The notes under the pieces: generated by a model
Told to the model about the DNA's origin: nothing
Database searches by the model: none
Seen by the model: only the letters and a program-made list of their open reading frames with translations
Made by a program: the position numbers and the translations under genes
Part shown: positions 53,479-64,000 of the stretch, piece after piece
Numbering within the stretch: the first letter of the stretch is position 1
How the letters are laid out: each line of letters starts with the position of its first letter
From: Waddliaceae bacterium
GTDB taxonomy: Bacteria > Chlamydiota > Chlamydiia > Chlamydiales > Waddliaceae
Direction: 5' to 3'
Assembly: GCA_963724325.1 (NCBI GenBank)
Contig: CAVRUH010000007.1
Location: 497,903-561,902 of the forward strand
Length of the DNA stretch: 64,000 nucleotides

Positions 53479-53665
53479 CGTGTGGGTCAAGTGTTGCTTC
53501 GTTGACGGCGCCCGATCCGTTCACCGCGGCCCAGTCCCTGGACGACCTGATCCGCTCGATGTTCTCCGGCAGCCAGGCGCCGGAAGCATCGCTCGATTCA
53601 AACCTGCAACGCCTTTCCGGCTTGCTTGCCGCCACCAACCATATTGCTTTCACCGAAAGGGAACC

Positions 53666-56600
53666 ATGAAGACTATTTCTCGTTCTTTGCTGTTGCTCGT
53701 CGCCTCAGCCCGCTGTCCTGCTGGCCCAGACGGCTCAGATCGACGGCACCGTGACCGACTCCAGTTCCGCCGTGATGCCCGGGGCAAGCGTCTCCGCCAC
53801 CAATGTCGAAACCGGGACGACCGCAGACCGTCTCCAATAACGATGGCTATTACACGCTCCCTCTGCTTCAACCGGGAAAATACAATCTCACGGTAAAACG
53901 GGACGGATTCCGTCCGGTCATCCACGATGGCCTGGTGTTGGCGGTGAATCAGAACGTACGCCTGGATATCGTGATGCAAATCGGCACGGTGACCGAATCG
54001 CTGGAAGTCACTGCCGCGGCTCCGCTGCTGGAGGCGGACACCGCCAACACGGGCCAGGTGATCGAAAACACGCTGGTGACCGGAATACCTTTGAACATCC
54101 GGAACCCGCTCTTCCTGCTCACCATGTCACCCGGCGTCGCGACCGGCCCCAATTTCGCCGCCAGCACCAGCACGCAAAGCACCCGCAATTTCTTTCAGGC
54201 GGACTTTCGCGTCGGCGGAGGGCGATCCATGGGGCAGGAGATTCTGCTCGATGGAATCACCGATACCACTGGCGATCGCTTCGCATCGGTGATTCCGCCG
54301 GTCGACTCGGTGGAGGAATTCAAAGTGCAGATGAATACTTATTCCGCCGAGTACGGCCACACCAGCGGAGGCATCGTGAACATGATCACCAAGTCCGGGA
54401 CCAACGCAGATTCATGGCACGGCCTACGATTTTCTCCGCAACAGCGTCTTCGATTCCAACAGCTTCTTCAGCAACCGCGCGGGTATCGCGCTGGGGTCGT
54501 TCAAGCGAAATCAATTTGGCGGCAATCGTGGGTGGTCCCGTGTACCTGCCGGGCGTGTATCACGGCAAGGACAAGACGTTCTTCTTCGTCGCTTACGAAG
54601 GACTGCGGCAAAGCAGCCCCACCAGCAGCGTATCCACGGTGCCGACGCCTCTGCAGCGGCAAGGCGACTTCTCGCAAACCTTCGCCGCGAACGGCCAGCA
54701 GATTGTCATCTACAACCCTTTCAGCACCGCCCCCAACGGGTCCGGCTTTCTGCGCACGGCGTTTCCGGGAAACCAGATTCCGGCTTCGCTTCTCAACCCC
54801 GTCGGCTTGAAGGTGTTGAATTTCTATCCGCTTCCCAATACTGCCGGGCAGGCTGTCACCAACATCAATAACTACGTCGTCGCGCCGTCCGCCATCGCCA
54901 CCACCAACCTGCTCGATGTCCGGATCGATCACAACATCTCCCAAAACCACCGCATCTTCGGGCGTATTTCGCGCAACAACGACGTACACAACACTCCCGG
55001 TCCGTTCCCCACCAGCGTCGGCTCGAACGGCGGCGCCGACCAGATCGATACCTACTGGCAAGGCGTCGTGGACTACACCGCTACCCTCTCGCCCACGTTC
55101 GTCGTCGATTCACGTTTCGGATTCAACCGCGCCCATGCCGTGGTCCTGCCTTTAGGTTTCCCCTTCGACCTGACGCAACTGGGTTTCAACGCCGCCTACG
55201 CCCAGGTGGCTGAACCGATGTTTCCCAACTTCGCGGTGTCGGGTCTGACGAGTCTGGGCGGGCAAAGCTACAATGGACAGCCGCGCAATTCCTACGAGTA
55301 CACGCTCAACCTGACCAAGACTCTCGGGAGGCACTCGCTCCAACTCGGCTTTGATTACCGTATTCTGCAGTTGAACTCGTTTCAGAACACTTCTTCCGGA
55401 GGCAATTATTCGTTTACCAGCAGCTTTACGCAAGGCCCCAATCCCGCCGTGGCCAGCTCCACTTCGGGTTACGGACTGGCGTCGCTCCTGCTGGGAACGG
55501 GAACCGGCGATCTCACCGCGGTCAGCGCCCTGGCGCTGGAGCGTCTCTACTATGCCGGATATGTGCAGGATGATATCAAGGCCAGCAAGCGCCTCACGCT
55601 GAATGTCGGTCTGCGCTACGAGGCCTCGCCGGGGCAGAGCGAGCGCTACAACCGGCTGAACTGGTTCGATCCCGCTGCGGCGAGTCCCATTGCCTCACAG
55701 GTCAATATGTCGGGTCTGACGGGCGCGCTGTTGTTCGCCGGGAACGGGCAGCCGAGAAATCAATTCAACACCAACTTTAATAACTTCGGACCGCGTTTCG
55801 GATTTGCCTACGACCTGGCGCACAGCCTGGTGTTGCGCGGCGGCTATGGCATCAGCTACGCGCCCATGTTTCTCTGGCCGGAAGGCGTGGATGGCTTCAA
55901 CACCGACACCACCTGGGTCAGCAGCCTGAACGGTTTTAATCCCACCAACCTTCTCAACAATCCCTTCCCGCAAGGATTTATTCTCCCCGGCGCGAAGGGC
56001 AATCCGCTCACCGATCTCGGCCAGAATGTCATCGCCGATGTGCGCAATGCAATTCGACTCCCATGATTCAGCAATGGAACCTCTCCCTGCAGAAGCAGCT
56101 CGCCAGCAACCTTCTGCTGGAGGTCATGTATTGGGGCAGTCACTCGACGCACCTCGAGAACGCCAATGGTTTCCAGATCGATGGATTATCGAGCCAATAC
56201 TATTCCATGGGCAGCGCTTTGAGCCAACTGGTAAATAATCCGTTCTATGGCGTCATCACCACGGGGACATTATCGGCGGCGCAAGTGACACGGCGCCAGT
56301 TGCTGCTTCCTTATCCGCAGTACACTTCCGTGCTGCTGCAGGTCCCCGACGCGGCCAACTCCATCTACCATGCAGGCACCGTGCGGCTGGAGCGCCGTTT
56401 CCAGGCTGGACTGAGCCTGCTGGCCTCCTACACTTATGCGAAGACCATCGACGATGACGATTCGAACCTGCGCGCCAGCGATCAATCGGGCAATATCCAG
56501 AACTGGCAGAATCGCGCCGCGGAGCGCTCCGTCTCAGCCTTCAACATCGGCAATCGCTTGGTCCTGAGCGCAGCCTACGAACTGCCGGTTGGACGAGGCA

Positions 56601-57090
56601 AACCCTATGGCGCCCATCTGGGCGCGTTGGCCAATGGCATCGTGGGTGGATGGCAGGTCAACGGTTTTCTTACCGCTCAAAATGGACTGCCCATCGCGCT
56701 GACTGCCGGCGCCGGGCCGATTCCCGAATTCGGTACCCTCCGCCCCAACAGCACCGGCGTCAGCGCCAGCCTTAGCGATCCAACCGTCTATAAATGGTTC
56801 AACACCGCCGCCTTCACGCAGCCGTCGCCATACACCTTCGGGAACGTCGGCAGGCTGCTGCCGGATGTGCGCGCGGACGGCGTCAAAAATCTGGACATGT
56901 CTCTGCTCAAGAACTTCTCTCTTCACCGAGAAACTGCGGGCGCAGTTCCGCTTCGAATCCTTCAATTTGCTGAACCATGCGATTTTCGCGGCGCCCAGCG
57001 GTTCCTTGACCAGCAGCAGCTTTGGCGATAGTAAGTTCCCAAGCCAACGCGCCGCGCCAGATTCAATTTGCTTTGAAGTTGGTTTTCTAA
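53666..57090 (+). CDS. TonB-dependent receptor (Oar-like, carboxypeptidase-regulatory N-domain), frameshifted
   Basis: [48 protein letters not shown], terminal [12 protein letters not shown]. Confidence 0.93.
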
Positions 57091-57092
57091 CT

Positions 57093-58817
57093 ATGAACCG
57101 GCGAAAATTTCTCGATGCGCTGGGGCTGGGCGCCGCCAGTTTGCGATATTCACCTTTATTGCTTGAAGCGCTCGCGCTGCCCGGAAGCGGAATCGCCGCG
57201 GGACCGGGCGGCGCTGAAACCAAGGCCGACGTTGCCATCATCGGCGGCGGGATGGGCGGCATCGCGGCAGCCCTCGCCGCGGCCCGCAACGGCCTCAGTG
57301 TCATTCTCACCGAAGAGACCGACTGGATCGGAGGGCAAGTCACCCAGCAGGCCGTGCCGCTCGACGAACACGCCCACATCGAGGCCTATGGCTGCACGCG
57401 AACCTATCGGGACTATCGCAATCGCGTTCGCGACTACTATCGCCGCAACTACCCGATGACGGATGCGGCCCGGCATCGCTGGAATCTCAGCCTCGGCAAC
57501 GCGACCATGCCTCTCACCCATGAGCCGCCGGTCTCGCTCGCCGTCTTCTATGAAATGCTGGCGCCGTTTCTCGGCAGCGCGCGTGTCACCATTCTGCTGA
57601 ATTCGAAACCAGTCTCCGCGTCGGTAAGCTGGAGACCGCGTGAGTCGGTAACTGTTCATCAGGCCGATACCGCCCGCAACATCACCATCACCGCGCCATA
57701 CTTTCTGGATGCCACGGAGTTGGGCGACTTACTCCCACTTACTCACACTGAATATGTCACTGGCTCCGATGCGCGGGCCGTTACCGGAGAAATGCACGCG
57801 GGCGACAAAGCGGAGCCCGGCAACGAACAGTGCGTGACTTCTGCTTCGCCATGGACTATCTCGAAGGCGAAGACCACACTATCGAGAAGCCGGCCCACTA
57901 CGACGAGTGGAAGGACTTCGTTCCCAAAATGCACCCTCCCTACACGGGCAAGTTACTGTCGTTTGAATCCTCGGTTCCCTCCGCTCCATCGCAGATACGA
58001 CCCGGCTATCTCGATCCTCTCGGCAAATATCCCAAGCGGACCGGCAAGTACGATCTCGACCTATGGATCTATCGCCGCCTCATCGACAAGAGCAACTTCG
58101 TCGAAGGCACTTACGCGAGCGATATTACGCTGGTCAACTGGCCGCAGAACGACTACGCCTTCGGACGTTTCGTCGACGTGTCGCCCGAAGAGTACGCGCG
58201 CCAGATCGACCGTGCCAAACAATTGAGCCTTTCACTTTTGTATTGGCTGCAGACGGCCGCGCCCCGCATGGATGGCGGAACAGGTTTTCCCGGCTTGCGG
58301 TTGCGCAACGATCTGGTGGGGACCGCGGATGGGCTCGCGAAATTCCCCTACATCCGCGAGTCGCGGCGCATCCGGGCGGAGTTCACCGTTCTGGAGCAGC
58401 ACGTGGGAGCGGAAATGAGAAAGAGTCTTCCGTTTCCGCAGAACACCAAGGGCGAGAAGTTCTTCGATTCGGTGGGCGTCGGCTACTATCACATCGATCT
58501 GCATCCGGCCACTGGCGGAGACAACTACATCGATATCGGTTCGCTGCCTTTCGAGATTCCGCTCGGCGCTCTCATTCCGCGGCGCGTGGAAAATCTGATG
58601 CCGGTATCGAAGAATATCGGCTCGACGCATGTTACCAACGGATGTTACCGGCTGCACCATGTCGAGTGGGGTATCGGTGAAGCTGGCGGCATGCTGACGG
58701 CGTTCTGCCGTGGTCGAAAGGTTTCGCCCCGGCCAGGTGCGCAAGGATCGAACGCTGCTCACCGAACTGCAAACGTTCCTGCAGGGCCAGGGAGTGGAAC
58801 TCTCCTGGCCTGGATAG
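57093..58817 (+). CDS. Tat-exported FAD-dependent oxidoreductase, frameshifted
   Basis: MNRRKFL Tat motif, IIGGGMGG, DATELGDL, PYIRESRRI, HVTNGCYRLH. Confidence 0.88.
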
Positions 58818-58873
58818 TCTCCGCGGCCATCTCTTCGCTCCGTTTTGCCGCCTCGGTCACCTCAAGCGCCGGT

Positions 58874-59542
58874 CTACAAATAGAACAGGCTCAGCCGCGG
58901 GATGTTGGCCTTTTCCAGGAGATCGCGATCGAGGTATTGGCGCTCCAGCATGGCCAGTTGGTCCGCGGTCATCTTGCTGCGGTAGGGGCGGAGCTGGTTG
59001 TCGAGCGACTTGCGCGCCGCCAGCGCTTCTTCCTCGGACTGGCGGCTGCGCAAGGTGGCGATGAGTTTCTGCTCCACGACTCCGAGGCGCTGCTCCAGGT
59101 CTTCGAGATCGTCGAGCGGTCCGGCGAGCAGGTGATCGAGCGAGGCGGCGGCTTCTTCGCAAGCCTGCTTTGCGGAGGGCCTCGGCGTTGCATTGAGATA
59201 AGTCTGCACCTCGCCGGGTTCGAAGGGCGGGGCTTCGCTCTTCTCGGGACGCGGCTGGTCCGTGCCGGCCATACGCTGCGCTTCGGTGAGGATCGCCTGG
59301 GCGCAGAAGGCGATCGAGTTCACCATCTGGGTCTTCTTGGGCTTGGCGCGCCACTTCTCGAAGGCGATGTCGATGCCGCGCAGGACGGCTTCGAGCGGCA
59401 CTCCCGCGTTCTTCCAGCTTTCGAGCAGAGCCCAGTCCAGCGGGGACAGCAGGAAGAGGCTGGTGCCGCGGGCGCGCTGGAAATGCTCCTCGATCTCGGT
59501 GTAGTAGTTGAAGTAGTTGTAGGTGAGGTCGGGTTCGCTCAT
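58874..59542 (-). CDS. conserved hypothetical protein
   Basis: NYFNYYTEIEEHF..LSPLDWALLESWK..PRLSLFYL; 4-bp overlap with birA. Confidence 0.75.
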   Translation of the reverse strand: MSEPDLTYNYFNYYTEIEEHFQRARGTSLFLLSPLDWALLESWKNAGVPLEAVLRGIDIAFEKWRAKPKKTQMVNSIAFCAQAILTEAQRMAGTDQPRPEKSEAPPFEPGEVQTYLNATPRPSAKQACEEAAASLDHLLAGPLDDLEDLEQRLGVVEQKLIATLRSRQSEEEALAARKSLDNQLRPYRSKMTADQLAMLERQYLDRDLLEKANIPRLSLFYL

Positions 59543-60295
59543 GCGGGCCGGACGCCTCCGGCCAGAATGGTTTCCACCTTGCCATCCGGCTTCAGGACGC
59601 GAAGGAAACCGTAGTCGTCGAGGCCGGCCGTGATGCCTTCGATTTGCCGGTCGCCCATATCCACGTGAACACGTTTCCCTTTGGCGTAGCTGGAGGCGCG
59701 GGTGAAGGCGGCGAGGATGGCGTCCTTGCCGGCTTCTTGTAGCATCTTGGAAAAGGCGCCGGCGGATTCGATCAGCGCGATGAGCAGGTCGGCGCGATCG
59801 TAGCGATGGCCGGTGGCGATGCGGATGGAGGTAGCCTGGTCCGCAATATCGCCGGGGAAGGTTTCGTGATTGACGTTGATGCCGATGCCGGCCACAGCCG
59901 CGTCGCCGGCAAGTTGAACCAGGATGCCGGCGGCCTTACGGTCCTGAAGCATGACGTCGTTGGGCCAGCGAAGGTCGCACTGGATACCGGCGACTCGGGC
60001 GATGGCTTCGGCAGTGGCCAGGCCGAGAGCGAGAGTCAGGACGGGACGGGTCGCGGGTTCGATGGGCGGGTAGAGGATGAGCGAGACGTAGAGTCCGGAG
60101 TCAGGTTCGGAGTGCCAGGAGTGGCCCTGGCGTCCGATGCCCGCGGTCTGTTCTCCGGCGACTACGGCGGTGCCCGAGGGAGCGCCGGCTTCGGCCAGTT
60201 TGACTGGCGACGGGCTGGGTGGAGGGCAGCGAGTCGTAGTAGTCGATGCGGTGGTTGGGGAGGGCCCGGCGAACTCGGGAGATGTCGAGGGACAT
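59539..60295 (-). CDS. birA: biotin--protein ligase (frameshifted)
   Basis: EQTAGIGRQGHSW, RWPNDV, KAAGIL, GIGINVN. Confidence 0.92.
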
Positions 60296-61104
60296 CAGAG
60301 CAACTCCAGGCGGAAGCTCAGATCGACTGCGGGGGCGGAGTGGGTGATGGCTCCGGAGGAGACGAAGTTGGCTCCGGTTTCGGCGTAGGCGCGGACGTTT
60401 TGCAGGGTGACTCCGCCGGAGATTTCGACGGTGGCACGCCCGGCGATTTCGCGGATCCAATCGGCGGCTTCGGCGGGCGTGAGGTTGTCGAGCAGGAGCT
60501 TGGTGGCGCCGTAGTCGAGGGCTTCGCGGAGCTCGGCCCGGGTGCGGACTTCGATCTCGATGGGAAGCTGGCTGGCGGCCCGCGCGTTCTTCAGGGCCTG
60601 GCTGATTCCGCCGGCGGCTGCGATGTGGTTGTTCTTAATCAGAATGGCGTCGTAGAGGCCCTTGCGGTGGTTGGTGACTCCTCCGGCGGCCGCGGCGCGT
60701 TTTTCCAGAAGGCGGAGGCCAGGGGTGGTCTTGCGCGTGTCGAGGACTTTGCAGTTGGTCCCCTTGACCTGGTCGACAAAGGCGCGCGCCATGGTCGCGA
60801 CTCCGCTGAGGCGCTGCAGGAAATTGAGGGCGGTCCGCTCGCATTCGAGCAGCTTGCGGGCCTGTCCGCGAACTTCGGCGATGGTCTCGCCGTTGCGCAC
60901 TTCGTCGCCATCGTGCTTGCGCAGATGGAGCTGATCGTACATCAGCGGGCAGGACTTCGGTTCCGGCGAGGACGAGGTGCTGGCGCGCGATGAACAGCCC
61001 GGTGGCGCGGCGGTCGGCGGGGACACAGGCCTGGCTGGTGACATCTCCAGTGCCGATATCTTCTTCGAGCGCGCGGCGGACGCGCTAGTTCATAATCGCG
61101 TCAT
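60295..61104 (-). CDS. nadC: quinolinate phosphoribosyltransferase (frameshifted 5' part)
   Basis: RALEEDIGTGDVT, ERTALNFLQRLSGVAT, LDTRKTTPG, LLDN, SGAITHS. Confidence 0.95.
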
Positions 61105-63736
61105 GAGAGCTTGTCGAGCTGGATCTGGTATTCGGCCAGCTTCTGGCGCATGCCTTCGATCACGTGCGCAGGGGCTTTCGCGAGGAACTTCTCGTCGCGC
61201 AACTGACGTTCAGATTGGCGATGTTCTTCGTCCAGTTGCTCCCGCTCTTTTTGCTGCCGTTGCTGGAGGGCTTGCAGTTGCTCTGCCGGGAGGTCGAGCC
61301 AGAAGTCGAACTCGGGGGTCCGAGCGCACGGCGCGGCGTTCGGGACCTCGCCTTCCGCGAACTCGGCGTCACGTTGGCAAGCTCTTCAGCGCATTGTTCG
61401 CCGGCGATGCGAGGGCTGCCAGGCTGCGCAGTTGAACAGCTCGCCGCAGAGGCAGGCGCGGATCGAGCTTCAGGTCGGCTCGCATGTTGCGTGCGAAGGT
61501 GATGATGTCTCTGCAACATTCGCATCGCATGCTCGGCGGCCGGGTATCGCAGATCGGGGGCGGGGTTCCGGGAAAGCGTGCGAGCGAGATGGACTCGGGA
61601 CGGCCGGGCGTGTTGACCGCGAGCGCGCTGCCAAAGCTCCTCGGTAAGGAACGGCATCACCGGATGCAGCAGCCGCAGCGAGGCTTCAAACACGGCCAGG
61701 ATATTGGACCAGTCGTCATTGCGGCCGGAGTTCTCCGTAAACTTGAGCTTCTTCAGCTCGATGTACCAATCGCAGAATTCGCTCCAGAAGAACTGCCAGA
61801 CGGACTGTGCGGCTTCGTGATAGCGGTAGGATGCGATGGCGCGGTTGACCTGTTCGGCACAGGCGTTGAGGCGGCTGAAGATCCAGCGGTCTTCGAGGGC
61901 ATCGCCCTGGATTTCGTAGATGCGCCGGATCTCCGGCGAGTCCACGGCTCGACTCGCGGACCGCTCCATATTCATGAACAGGAAGCGGGCGGCATTCCAG
62001 ATCTTGTTGGCGAAGTTGCGCGCGCTTTCCAGGCGCTCGGGACTGAAGACGATGTCGGTGCCGGGAGCCGCTCCGATGAGCAGCGCCATGCGGACGGCGT
62101 CGGTGCCGTACTGCTCGGTGACCACCAGCGGATCGATCACGTTGCCCTTGGTCTTGGACATCTTCTGGCGCTCGGGGTCGCGCACCAGGCCGTGGATGTA
62201 GACCGTCCGGAAAGGGACGTCGTGCATGAACTCCAGCCCCAACATGATCATGCGGGCGACCCAGAAGAACAGGATGTCGAAGCCGGTGATCAGCAGGGTG
62301 GTCGGGTAGAAGGTTCTGCAGGTCCTCGGTCTGTTCGGGCCAGCCTAGCGTGGAGAAGGGCCAGAGGCCGGAACTGAACCAGGTATCGAGCACGTCGGGG
62401 TCCTGGACCAGATGCGTGCTGGCGCATTTGGTGCAGGCACGTGGGTGCTTCGCGGGCCACGATGATCTCGCCGCATCCCTGGCAGTGCCACGCCGGGATG
62501 CGATGTCCCCACCAGAGTTGGCGGGAGACGCACCAGTCGCGGATGTTGTACATCCACTCGTTGTAGGTCTTGACCCAGTTCTCGGGGACGATGTCGATGG
62601 CTTCTCGGTCTCGACCGCCTGGATGGCTTTCTCGGCGAGCGGCTTGGTGCGGACGAACCATTGGGTGGAGATGAGCGGTTCGACGACGGTCTTGCAGCGA
62701 TCGCACTTGCCGACTGTTGAGAGGGTAGTCCTCGACCTTTTCGAGGAGGCCTTCGCGCTCCAGGTCGGCGACGACGCGCTTGCGGGCTTCGAAGCGGTCG
62801 AGACCCTGGTAGGGTCCGCCGGCCATGGTGATGTTGGCCAGTTCGTCGATGACCTTAATGACCGGCAGATTGTGGCGCTTGCCGGCTTCGAAGTCGTTGG
62901 GATCGTGGGCGGGGGTGACTTTGACGACGCCGGTGCCGAATTCGGGGTCGGCGAGGTCGTCGAGGATGATGGGGATCTCGCGGCCCATGAGCGGGAGGCG
63001 GACGGTCTTGCCGTGGAGGTCCTGATAGCGGGGGTCTTTGGCGTTGATGGCGACGGCGGTGTCGCCGAGCATGGTTTCAGGGCGGGTGGTGGCGACGACG
63101 AGATGACGGTCAGTTCCGATGACGGGATAGCGGATGTGCCAGAGGTGGCCTTGGGTTTCCTGGTGGGCGACCTCGAGGTCGGAGAGCGCGGTGCGGCAGC
63201 GGGGGCACCAGTTGATCATGTAAGTGCCGCGGTAGATGAGGCCTTTTTCGTAGAGGCTGACGAAGGCTTCGCGGACGGCGTGGGAGAGCCCGTCGTCAAG
63301 GGTGAAGCGCTCGCGCGACCAGTCGCAGGAGGCGCCCATGCGGATCATCTGCCGCTTGATGGTGCCGCCGGATTCGGCTTTCCACTGCCAGACGCGGCGC
63401 TCGAACTCTTCGCGGCCGAGCATATGGCGGTCGAGGCCCTGTTCGGCGAGTTGGCGCTCGACCACCATCTGGGTGGCGATGCCGGCGTGGTCGGTGCCGG
63501 GGAGCCAGAGGGTGGCGATGCCCCGCATGCGGTTCCAGCGGACGGTGACGTCGATCTCGGTGTGCTCCAGCATGTGGCCCATGTGCAGGGAGCCGGTGAC
63601 GTTGGGCGGCGGGATGACGAGGGAGAATACCGGCTGGCCCCGGCCGGGGGGTGGCGCGGTATAGGTTGCGGTCGATCCACCATTGTGCCCAATGCGGCTC
63701 AAACCGCTGAGGCTCATAGACTTTCTCTAGTTGCAT
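61101..63736 (-). CDS. valS: valine--tRNA ligase (frameshifted)
   Basis: [51 protein letters not shown]. Confidence 0.97.
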
Positions 63737-63789
63737 GGGGAAACTTTCAGTGTAGCAATGGCCAGCCGGAGAGGCCTGCAAAACGGCCC

Positions 63790-64000
63790 GTTCCGTCCAT
63801 TCCGGGCATGCTCAGCGTTTCGACAACCCCTGTTGAACCGTGGCCGCAAGAGCCGCCAGATCGCCCGACCACAAAGCCGCGGGATCGAGCCACAATCCGG
63901 GAAAGCCTTGCGATCGAAAAAGGTCGTCGTCACCGGGCGGCATCTCGCGGTATTTGCCGTCAACAAGCTCGCGCCAGACGATCTGTCGCTGTTCCGGCTA
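63790..64000 (-). CDS. Uma2-family endonuclease, 3' part
   Basis: EQRQIVWRELVDGKYREM..FRSQGFPGLWLDPAALW. Confidence 0.7.

Noticed and set aside
56865..59614. Apparent TonB-oxidoreductase fusion and a 594 aa extended oxidoreductase
   Set aside because: Frameshift artefacts; true ends are visible at 57090 and 58817
46242..63966. Numerous overlapping Arg/Pro/Ala-rich ORFs
   Set aside because: Expected shadow ORFs of high-GC DNA or out-of-frame pieces of frameshifted genes
46252..64000. Large horizontal transfer of GC-rich DNA into a chlamydia
   Set aside because: Genes are cut mid-sequence at both junctions, with no mobility genes and with housekeeping content from other phyla

Overview
The window is a composite of at least three unrelated DNA sources joined end to end. 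(1) 1-~46251 is AT-rich environmental Chlamydiae DNA. It opens with the groES 3' end, groEL and tRNA-Asn. An accessory region follows, with a serine recombinase remnant reading into the tRNA, an apparently complete IS607 element (tnpA plus an atypical RuvC-III, zinc-finger-less tnpB), three toxin-antitoxin-like modules plus a decayed fourth, an autotransporter, secreted enzymes and a nested palindromic element. Next come two BTB-LRR effector-like paralogues, a probable three-gene operon built around a collagen-like fibre protein, housekeeping genes (carbonic anhydrase, folD, apbE), and the chlamydial T3SS cluster cdsE-F-G-(CT668-like)-N-O-P-Q. (2) ~46252-53478 is GC-rich actinobacterial DNA: lysA 5' part, tRNA-Arg(CCG), SDRs, three TetRs and a cytochrome P450. 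(3) ~53479-64000 is acidobacterial-type DNA: a TonB-dependent receptor, an FAD oxidoreductase, birA, nadC, valS and a Uma2 3' part. Many essential genes (groEL, valS, birA) carry several single-base frameshifts, most likely sequencing errors. The best leads are the collagen/virus-like-domain/GNAT operon, the direct-repeat-flanked DUF6036-like nucleotidyltransferase cassette, the IS607 TnpB with mappable ends and a predicted guide/TAM, the covarying nested palindrome at 21.3-21.5 kb, and RNA-level control signals in the T3SS operon. All family assignments come from motif recognition by eye; no database searches were run.
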